Origin: Pristiophorus japonicus
Lineage: Eukaryota
Assembly (NCBI RefSeq): GCF_044704955.1
Contig: NC_091995.1
Coordinates: forward strand, 99,386,001-99,450,000
Direction of reading: 5' to 3'
Length of the DNA: 64,000 bases
The translations under genes were made by a program, and so were the position numbers. Shown here in pieces: positions 26,020-36,800 of this stretch (position 1 is its first letter; each line of letters begins with the position of its first letter). The notes under the pieces are model-generated. The model did not search any database. It was not told the DNA's origin and was given only the letters and a program-made list of their open reading frames with translations.

Positions 26020-26090
26020 CACACCGGCCGCCATCTTCAGCCTAGCAACCACCTTTCACCCGCCGCCGCGCTTCCGCTTCCGGGGCCTCC
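26020..26090 (-). promoter_or_regulatory. WBP11 CpG-island housekeeping promoter (ETS/GABP, YY1, RFX half-site)
   Basis: CCGGAAGCGGAAG (26083-26071), GTTGCTAGG (26049-26041) and AAGATGGCGGC (26037-26027). Confidence 0.65.
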
Positions 26091-26199
26091 AGCTGCGTCT
26101 GAGGGGCTTTGTCTCAAATCATTTCTTCATCCTGGTCCCGGACACACTAATACCGTCCGTGTGAAAAATAACATCACCTCTTGTAAATGCACATAATCC

Positions 26200-26895
26200 A
26201 GGCCGGCCCTCCCCGTGCAGTACTGAGGGAGCGCCGCACTGTCGGAGGGGCAGTACTGAGGGAGCGCTGCACTGTCGGAGGGGCAGTACTGAGGGAGCGC
26301 CGCACTGTCGGAGGGGCAGTGCTGAGGGAGTGTCGCACTGTCGGAGGGGCAGTGCTGAGGGAGTGTCGCACTGTCGGAGGGGCAGTACTGAGGGAGTGCT
26401 GCACTGTCGGAGGGGCAGTACTGAGGGAGCCCCGCACTGTCGGAGGGGCAGTACTGAGGGAGTGCCGCACTGTCGGAGGGGCAGTACTGAGGGAGTGCCG
26501 CACTGTCGGAGGGGCAGTACTGAGGGAGCGCCGCACTGTCGGAGGGGGAGTACTGAGGGAGCACCGCACTGTCGGAGGGGCGTCTTTAAGATGAGACGTT
26601 AAACCGTCTGCTCTCTCAGATGGATGTAAAAGATCTCATGGCACTATTTTGAAGAAGAGCAGGGGAGTTCTCCCCGGTGTCCTGGGGCCAATATTTATCC
26701 CTCCATCAACATCACTAAAACAGATTATCTGGGTCATTATCACATTGCTGTGTGTGGGAGCTTGCTGTGCGCAAATTGACTGCCGCGTTTCCCACATTAC
26801 AACAGTGACTACACTCCAAAAGTACTTCATTGGCTGTAAAGCACTTTGAGACGGCCAGTGGTCGTGAAAGACTCTGTATAAATCGAAGTCTTATT
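26200..26895 (+). mobile_element. DeuSINE/SacSINE-like SINE with an internal 33-bp unit expanded ~11x (26218-26580)
   Basis: Unit CAGTACTGAGGGAGCGCCGCACTGTCGGAGGGG, followed by the typical body (gatgagacgttaaacc..gcactattt..aaattgactgccgcgtttccc..aaagtacttcattggctgtaaagc). Confidence 0.75.
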
Positions 26896-27759
26896 GAAGT
26901 CATGCACAGATAAACTAGACTGCAATCTACCATTCATGTCTAATGTTCATAAGATAACTAAATTAGCTTGATTTTGGACCCTTTCACCTAACGCAATCCA
27001 AATGATACTAATCACAGACAACCCAACACTCTTTGAACTATAAGCTGGTAGATACTGAATGAACTGTAATCCTCTTATTTCCCAGTTGTCACAGATGAAG
27101 GAAGGTACAAAGATGTAGTTGCTAACATAATTTTATTTAAAACCATCTAAAATAACACAACTAATTACATGGCATGGTTAAGCATTGCGAATCATGACAA
27201 GTACTTGATTTTATATTATCAGTCAGCAGTGTGGATCATCAGAGGCACAACCAGAACTTGTATTACAGTTTCTCATCTTGTTCAGGGTTTGATTCATAAT
27301 TTCACAACTGGTACTACGTTCTTATCTTCCTGGTTATGAGCAAGTTAGCAGTTGTGTTCAAGATGTTATTGACAAGGTTCTAGCATTAGGTATTGCTGTG
27401 AAATATACAGATCAAACATCCATCTCTTCCTTTTAGGAGATTGTTAGCTGTAGCCAGTCTCTCGGCTCCGTGAATGAAGGACAGAATGTCAACACTAAAG
27501 GTCAACACACAAACAGTCTTGTTTAGCGAAATGATTAGCCTCATTACTGTGAACAAACCTTGCAAAGAATTAACTTGTTTTCTAACAAGGTTTTGGTTAT
27601 ATTACTGCCACTTGGTATTAACTTGTCAATTGCCAGCAGAGTAAGAATCATACAAAGAGGTTTAATGCTGAGGTTTTTTTTCATGTTACACCCAATTTCA
27701 AGTTAATCCTGTTCACTTGATGTAGGGACATTGATCTGCATTTCTGTGCAGTATCTCTC

Positions 27760-27866
27760 CTAGCCGTCAACATCGCCAAGCCGCCAGCACCACACAGACA
27801 CCACCACCAGGTGGAGCAGGAACACAACCCCCAAACGGAACCCCACAGCCGTGGGCCACACCAATC
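27760..27866 (-). CDS. TM/terminal exon of the activating receptor (not in the ORF track)
   Basis: Acceptor ctcttttctcgcattag; hydrophobic stretch starting ..GFRLGVVFLL..; stop TAG at 27762-27760. Confidence 0.72.
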
Positions 27867-30800
27867 CTAATGCGAGAAAAGAGGGCGTGATTAGCATTCA
27901 GGTCAAGGCAGCAAGATCCCGATAAAATGCTCGCGGTCTGAAATTATTTCACCTCGAATGAGATGTGTTAGGGAAATTGATGGGATTGAAGGCTGATAAA
28001 TCCCCAGGGCCTGATAGGCTGCATCTCAGAGTACTTAAGGAAGTGGTTTTAGAAATAGTGGATGCATTGGTGATCATTTTCTCTGGATTAGTTCCTATGG
28101 ACTGGAGGGCAGCTAATGTAACAGCACTTTTTAAAAAAGAAGGGAGAGAGAAAACGAGTAATTATAGACCGGTTAGCCTGACATCAGTAGTGGGGAAAAT
28201 GTTGGAATCTATTATTAAGGATGAAATAGCAGCGCATTTGGAAAGCAGTGACAGGATCGATCCAAGTCAGCATGGATTTATGAAAGGGAAATCATGCTTG
28301 AAAAATCTTCTGGAATTTTTTGAGGATGTTTCCAGTAGAGTGGACAAGGGAGAACCCATGGATATAGTGTATTTGGATTTTCAAAAGGCTTTTGACAAGG
28401 TCCCACACAAGAGAGTGGTGTGCAAAATTAAAGCACATGGTATTGGGAGTAATGTACTGACATGGATAGAGAACTGGTTGACAGACAGGAAGCAGAGAGT
28501 CGGGATAAATGGATCCTTTTCAGAATGGCAGGCAGTGACTAGTGGAGTGCTGCAGGGCTCAGTGCTGGGACCCCAGCTATTTACAACATACATTAATGAT
28601 TTGGATGAAGGAATTGAGTGTAATATCTCCAAGTTTGCAGGTGACACTAAGTTGGGTGGCAGTGTGAGCTGTGAGGAGGACGCTAAGAGGCTGCAGGGTG
28701 ACTTGGACAGGTCAAGTGAGTGGGCAAATGCATGGCAGATGCAGTATAATGTGGATAAATGTGAGGTTATCCACTTTGGGGGCAAAAACACGAAGGCAGA
28801 GTATTATCTGAATGGCGGCAGATTAGGAAAAGGGGAGGTGCAACGAGACCTGGGTGTCATGGTTCATCAGTCATTGAAGGTTGGCATGCAGGTACAGCAG
28901 GCGGTGAGGAAGGCAAATGGTCTGTTGGCATTCATATCTAGGGAATTTGAGTATAGGAACAGGGAGGTCTTACTGCAGTTGTACAGGGCCTTGGTGAGGC
29001 CTCACCTGGAATATTGTGTTCAGTTTTGGTCTCCTAATCTGAGGAAGGATGTTCTTGCTATTGAGGGAGTGCAGCGAAGGTTCACCAGACTGATTCCCAG
29101 GATGGCAGGACTGATATATGAGGAGAGACTGGATCGACTAGGCTTGTATTCACTGGAGTTTAGAAGGATGAGAGGGGATCTCATAGAAACATATAAAATT
29201 CTGACGGGACTGGACAGATTAGATGCAGGAAGAATGTTCCCGATGTTGGGGAAGTCCAGAACCAGGGCTCACAGTCTAAGGATAAGGGGTAAGCCATTTA
29301 GGACTGAGATGAAGAGAAACTTCTTCACTCAAGAGAGTTGTTAACCTGTGGATTTCCCTGCCGCAGAGAGTTGTTGAGGTCAGTTGGATGTATTCAAGAG
29401 GGAGTTAGATATGGCCATTATGGCTAAAGGGATCAAGGGGTATGGAGAGAAAGCAGGAAAGGGGTACGGAGGGAATGATCAGCCATGATCTTATTGAATG
29501 GTGGTGCAGACTCAAAGGGCCGAATGTCCTACTCCTGCACCTATTTTCTATGTTTCTATGTGCGTGGGTTGGTTCGAGATTCCTGTAATTTCAAACATAT
29601 GACAGCAAAACGAACGGACATGTTTCCGTTTCTCCAGCCACTGAGGAACACCCTGAACCCATTTACAAACAACAAGTTGTTTTTGTCGTGTAGTCATTGT
29701 TAGGTACATAGTGAGATCCCACAGACGGCCAGTAAGATGAGTGACAGTAAAGCTATATTTGGTGATGTTGGAGCATATCAGAGAGCTCCCTGCTCCTCTT
29801 TCAGGCCCATTTCGAGCACCGGAAGAGACTGTCCAGACCCTAGTTTAATGTTTGATCCAAGTGACAGCACTCCCTCAGTACCAGAGTGCAGGGTCACTCC
29901 AGGGGATAGACGCTTCGAACAAACAGACAAGATTGCTGCAGCTGAGCCGACCTAACAACAACAACAACTTGTATTTATATAGCGCCTTTAACGTGGTGAA
30001 ACGTCCCAAGATCCTTCACAGGAGTGTTATGCAATAAAACAATTTGACACCGAGCAGCATAAGGAGAAATTAGGGCAGGTGACCAAAAGCTTGGTCAAAG
30101 AGGTAGGTTTTAAGGAGGATCTTAAAGGAGGGCAGAGAGGCGGAGAGGTTTATGGAGGGAGTTCCAGAGCTTGGGGCCCAGGCAACAGAAGGCACGGCCA
30201 CCAATGGTGGAGCGATTATAATCAAGGATGCTCAGGAGGGCAGAATTAGAGGAGGGCAGAGATCTCGGGGGGTTTTGGGGCTGGAGGAGGTTACAGAGAT
30301 AGGGAAGTGGTGAGGCCGTAGAGGGATTTGAAAATAAGGATGAGAATTTTGAAATCGAGGCGTTGCTTAACCAGGAGCCAATGTAGGTCAGCGAGCACGG
30401 GGGGTGATGGGTGAGTGGGACTCGGTGCGAGTTAGGACACGGGGCAGCGAGCACAGTGGGTGATGGGTGAGCGGGACTTGGTGCGAGTTAGGACACGGGG
30501 CAGCGAGCACAGTGGGTGATGGGTGAGCGGGACTCGGTGCGAGTTAGGACATGGGGCAGCGAGCACAGGGGTGATGGGTGAGCGGGACTTGGTGCGAGTT
30601 AGGACACGGGGCAGCGAGCACAGGGGGGTGATGGGTGAGTGGGACTCGGTGCGAGTTAGGACACGGGGCAGCGAGCACAGGGGGTGATGGGTGAGCGGGA
30701 CTTGGTGCGAGTTAGGACACAGGGCAGTGAGCACAGGGTGTGATGGGTGAGTGGGACTCGGTGCGAGTTAGGACACGGGGCAGCGAGCACAGGGGTGATG

Positions 30801-33800
30801 GGTGAGCGGGACTTGGTGCGAGTTAGGACATGGGGTAGCCGAGTTTTGGATCACCTGTAGTTTACGTAAGATAGAATGTGGGAGGCCAGCCAGGAGTGCG
30901 TTGGAATAGTCGAATCTAGAGGTAACAAAGGCATGGATGAGGGTTTCAGCAGCGGATGAGCTGAGGCAAGGGCGGAGACGGGCGATGTTATGGAGGTGGA
31001 AATAGCAGTCTTAGTTATACTGCGGCTGTGTCATCAAAAGCTCATTTCAGTGTCAAATATAACACCAAGGTCGCGACACATTAACAATGGGCAGAATCAA
31101 GTTATCATCATCATCATCATAGGCAGCCCCTCGGAATCGAGGAAAACTTGCTTCCACTCTTAAAATGAGTCCTTAGGTGGCTGAACAGTCCGATACGAGA
31201 ACCACAGTCCCTGTCACAGGTGGGACAGACAGTGGTTGAGGGAAGGGGAGGGTGGGACTGGTTTGCCGCACGCTCCTTCTGCTGCCTGCGCTTGGTTTCT
31301 GCATGCTCTCGGCGACGAGACTCGAGGTGCTCAGCGCCCTCCCAGATGCACTTCCTCCCCTTAGGGCGGTCTTTGGCCAGGGACTCCCAGGTGTCAGTGG
31401 GGATGTTGCTCTTTATCAGGGAGGCTTTGAGAGTGTCCTTGTAACGTTTCCTCTGCCCACCTGGGGCTCGTTTGCCGTGAAGGAGTTCTGAGTAGAGCGC
31501 TTGCTTTGGGAATCTCGTGTCTGGCATGCGGACATTGTGGCCTGCCCAGTGGAGCTGATCGAGTGTGGTCAGTGCTTCAATGCTGGGGATGTTGGCCTGG
31601 TCGAGGACGCTAACGTTGGTGCGTCTGTCCTCCCAGGGGATTTGTAGGATCTTGCGGAGACATCGTTGGTGGTATTTCTCCAGCAACTTGAGGTGTCTAC
31701 TGTACATGGTCCGTGTCTCTGAGCCATACAGGAGGGAGGTATTACTACAGCCCTGTAGACCATGAGCTTGGTGGTAGATTTGAGGGCCTGGTCTTCAAAC
31801 ACACTTTTCCTCAGGCGGCCGAAGGCTGCGCTGGCCCACTGGAGCGGTTTTGAATCTCCTCATCAATGTCTGCTCTTGTTGATAAGAGACTCCCAAGGTA
31901 TGAGAAGTGGTCCACGTTGTTCAGGGCCGTGCCGTGCCGTGGATCTTTATGACGGGGGAGGGGGGGGGGGGCAGTGCTGTGCCGTGAGGACAGGCTGGTG
32001 GAGGACTTTTGTCTTACGGATGTTTAGCGTAAGGCCCATGCTCTCGTACGCCTCAGTAAATACGTCGACTATGTCCTGGAGTTCAGCCTCTGAATGTGCA
32101 CAGACACAGGTGCCATCTGCGTACTTGAGCAAACACTAACTGTAGTCTAAAAATGGTTACATTGACAACAGCGACTACATTTGAAAAGTACTTCATTGGC
32201 TGTAAAGTGCATTGGGATATCCTCAGATCGTGAAAGATGCTATCGAAATGCAAGAGTTGCTTTGCAGAAACCCATTCCCCGCTTGTTTGTAATCGCTAAC
32301 AAAAACTGACAAGAACAATAAAGCGGGCCTCTGCACCTGTTTAAAAAATCGAAGAATAGGGATTTTTTTTACTCACTAGTGTGAAATATTTCACTTCTGA
32401 GGGATCGGAGTCAGGCTCTCCCAGGCTCGGGGTGTCAGAGATTAATTCCATCTCTTTTTCTCAACCCAAAGGATCTTTTACCAAATCCTCATAACAGCCG
32501 CCCAGCACATTTCCAAATCCCTGACAAGGTAACATTCTGACTCTCACAGGGACGCTGCCAAATTAGCAGTGCATTGTGGGCAGTTTTATCATTTAAAATC
32601 TGGTATTTCGGAGATTGTAGCAAACTCATCAGTTTATTAAGCAGGCAGTTGAGCAAATGGAAGGGACTGCCGTCCCATAAGTCCACCATTCAGAAGTGTT
32701 CCCGCCACATAGCACTGCCCCCCAGTCATCAAGATCCACGGAGCGGCCCTCAACAATGTGGACCACTTCCCATATCTCGGGAGCCTTTTAGCAACAAAGG
32801 CAGACATTGATGCGGAGATTCAGTGCACCAGTGCAGCCTTCGGCTACCTGAGGAAAAGCGTGCTCGAAGATCAGGCCCTCAAATCTACCACCAAGCTCAT
32901 GGTCTACAGGGCTGTAGTAATACCCGCCCTCCTGTATGGCTCAGAGGCATGGACGCTGTACAGAAGTCATAGACAGTCCCTCAGAATCGAGGAAGACTTG
33001 TTTCCTTTCCCAAAGTGAGTTCTTTGGTAGCTGAATATTCCAATACGAGAGCCACAGACCCTGGTACATTCGTCGAGGGAAGGGGTGGGTGGGGCTGGTT
33101 TGCCGCGTGCTCCTTCTGCTGTCTGCACTTGACCTCTTCACACTCTTTGCGTTGAGACTCGAAAAGATCAGGTGGTCTTCGGCCAGGGTCTCCCAGGTGT
33201 CAGTGATGATGTCGCACTTTACCAGGGAGGCTTTGAGGGTGTCATTATAACGTTTCCGCTGCCCACCTTTGGCTTGTTTACCATGAAGGAGCTCCGCATA
33301 AAGCATTTGCTTAGGGAGTCTCGTATCTGGCATGCGAACTATGTGGCCTACCCAGCGAAGCTGATCGAGTGTGGTCAGTGCTTCAATACTGGGGATGTTA
33401 GCCTGGATGAGGACACTGATGTTCGTGCGCCTGTCCTCCCAGGGGATTTGCAGGATCTTGCAGCGACATCGTTGGAGATATATCTCCAGCGACTGAGGTG
33501 CCTTCTATATATTGTCCACGCCTCAGATCCATACAGGAGGGCGGGTATTACTACATCCCTGAGCTTGAGTTTGGTGGTAGATTTGAGGGCCTGGTCTTCA
33601 AACACTCTTTTCCTCAGATGGCCAAAGGCTGCACTGGCGCACTGGAGGCGATGTTGAATCTCCGCATCAATGTCTGCCTTTGTTGATAAGAGGCTCCCGA
33701 GATAGGGGAAATGGTCCACGTTGTCGAGGGTCGCGCCGTGAATCTTGATGATTGGAGGGCAATGCTGTGCGGCGGTGACAGGCTGGTGGAGGACCTTTGT

Positions 33801-36800
33801 CTTATGGATGTTAAGCATAAGGCCCATGCTTTCATATGCCTCAGTGAATACATTGACTATATCCTGGAGTTCAGCCGCAGAATGTGCACAGACGCAGGCA
33901 TCGTCCGCGTACTGTAGCTCAACGACAGAGGTTAGGGTGAACTTGGACCTGGCCTGGAGGCAGCGTAGGTTAAACAGCTTCCCACTGGTTCTGTAGTTTA
34001 GTTCCACTCCAGCGGGGAGCTTGTGGATTGTGAGGTGGAGCATGGCGGCGAGGAAGATTGAGAAGAGGGTTGGAGCGATAACGCAGCCCTGTTTGACCCC
34101 GGTCCAGACGTGGATTGGGTCTGTAATGGATCCGTTGGTAAGGATCACAGCCTGCATGTCATCGTGAAGCAGGCGAAGGATGTTGACAAACTTTTGGGGG
34201 CATCCGAAACTGAGGAGGACGCTCCATAGACCCTCGCGGTTGACGGTGTCAAAGGCCTTTGTAAGATCGAAGAAGGCCATGTGTAAGGGCTGCTCCCTGC
34301 ATTTTTCTTGCAGTCGCGCTGCAAAGATCATGTGTGTTGTGCCCCGTAGGGGACGAAATCTGCGTTGTGATACCGGGAGGAGCTCCTCGGCCACAGGGAG
34401 AAGACGGTTGAGGAGGACTGTAGCGATAACCTTCCCAGTGGCTGATAGCAGGGAGATTCCCCTGTAGTTGTCTCAGTCGGACTTGTCCCCTTTTTTTAAA
34501 GATGGTCACGATCACTGCATCTCTGAGATCTCCCGGCATGCTCTCCTCCCTCCAGATATGAAAGATGAGGTCACGTATCCGCGCCAACAGTGCCTCTCCG
34601 CCATACTTTAGCGCCTCAGCAGGGATTCCATCCGCTCCCTCATTTTTATTCTTGAACTGTTTTATGGCTTTGCCTACCTCAAGTCGCTGGAGATATATCA
34701 CCAACGATGTCTCTGCAAGATCCTGCAAATCCCCTGGGAGGACAGATGCACCAACATCAGTGTCCTCACCCAGGCTAACATCCCCAGCATTGAAGCACTG
34801 GCCACACTCGATCAGCTGCGCTGGGCAGGCCACGTTGTCCGCATGCCAGACACGAGACTCTCTAAGCAATTGCTCTATGCGGAGCTCCTTCACGGCAAAC
34901 GAGCCAAAAGTGGGCAGCGGAAATGTTACAAGGACATCCTCAAAGCCTCCCTGGTAAAGTGCGACATCACCAATGACACCTGGGAGTCCTTGGCCGAAGA
35001 CCGCCCGAGGTGAAGAAAGTGCATCCAGGAGGGCGTTGAGCCCTTCGAATCTCAACGCCGCGAGCGTGAAGAGGTCAGGCGCAGGCAGTGGAAGGAGCGT
35101 GCGGTAAATCAGTCCCATTCCCCCTTTCCCCGACGATTGTCTGTCCCACCCGTGACAGAGTCTGTGGTTCTCGTATTGGACTGTTCAGCCACCAAAGGAC
35201 TCACTTTAGGAGTGGAAGCAAGTCTTCCTCAATTCCGAGGGACTACCTTTGATGATGATGATGATTCAGAGGTGGGGAAAATGTTGGAATCAATTATTAA
35301 GGATGAAATAGCAGTGCATTTGGAAAGCAGTGACAGGATCGGACCAAGTCACCATGGATTTATAAAAGGGAAATCATGCTTGACAAATCTTCTAGAATTT
35401 TTTGAGGATGTAACTAGCAGAGTGGACAAGGGAGAACCAGTGGATGTGGTGTATTTGGACTTTCAAAAGGCTTTTGACAAGGTCCCGCACAAGAGATTGG
35501 TGTGCAAAATCAAAGCACATGGTATTGGGGATAATGTACTGACGTGGATAGAGAACTGGTTGGCAGACAGGAGGCAGAGAATCGGGATAAACGGGTCGTT
35601 TTCAGAATGGCAGGCAGTGACTAGTGGAATGCCGCAGGGCTCAGTGCTGGGATCCCAGCTCTTTACAATATACATCAATGATTTAGATGAAGGAATTGAA
35701 TGTAATATCTCCAAGTTTGCTGATGACACTAAGCTGGGTGACGGTGTGAGCTGTGAGGAGGACGCTAAGAGGCTGCAGGGTGACTTGGACAGGTTAGGTG
35801 AATGGGCAAATGCATGGCAGATGCAGTATAATGTGGATAAATGTGAGGTTATCCATTTTGGGGGCAAAAACACGAAGGCAGAATATTATCTGGATGGCAG
35901 CAGATTAGGAAAAGGGGAGGTGCAACGAGACCTGGGTGTCATGGTTCATCAGTCACTGAAAGTGGGCATGCAGGTACAGCAGGCGGTGAAGAAGGCAAAT
36001 GGTATGTTGGCCTTCATAGCTAGGGGATTTGAGTATAGGAACAGGGAGGTCTTACTGTAGTTGTACAGGGCCTTGGTGAGGCCTCACCTGGAATATTGTG
36101 TACAGTTTTGGTCTCCTAATCTGAGGAAGGACGCTCTTGCTATTGAGGGAGTACAGCAAAGGTTCACCAGACTGATTCCAGGGATGGCTGGACTGTCATA
36201 TGAGGAGAGACTGGATTAACTGGGCCTTTATTCACTGGAGTTTAGAAGAATGAGAGGGGATCTCATAGATACGTATAAGATTCTGACGGGACTGGACAGG
36301 TTAGAAACATAGAAACATAGAAAATAGGTGCAGGAGTAGGCCATTCGGCCCTTCTAGCCTGCACCGCCATTCATAGAAACATAGAAACATAGAAAATAGG
36401 TGCAGGAGTAGGCCATTCGGCCCTTCTAGCCTGCACCGCCATTCAATGAGTTCATGGCTGAACATTCAACTTCAGTACCCCATTCCTGCTTTCTCGCCAT
36501 ACCCCTTGATCCCCCTAGCAGTAAGGACCTCATCTAACTCCTTTTTGAATATATTTAGTGAATTGGCCTCAACAACTTTCTGTGGTAGAGAATTCCACAG
36601 GTTCACCACTCTCTGGGTGAAGAAGTTCCTCCGCATCTCGGTCCTAAATGGCTTACCCCTTATCCTTAGACTGTGACCCCTGGTTCTGGACTTCCCCAAC
36701 ATTGGGAACATTCTTCCTGCATCTAACCTGTCTAACCCCGTCAGAATTTTATATGTTTCTATGAGGTCCCCTCTCATTCTTCTGAACTCCAGTGAATACA

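Noticed and set aside
26127-26602. Periodic 11-aa ORFs and a superficially CRISPR-like array
   Set aside because: A 33-bp head-to-tail repeat with no unique spacers, inside a SINE, in eukaryotic DNA.
32341-32397. Minus-strand peptide EVKYFTLVSKKNPYSSIF*, resembling an ITIM/ITAM (YxxL-x6-YxxI), with a possible acceptor and a GTGAGT
   Set aside because: It lies upstream of the TM exon in transcript order, so it could not be cytoplasmic; it has an in-frame stop shortly upstream and only a weak acceptor. At most it is an alternative soluble-isoform exon.
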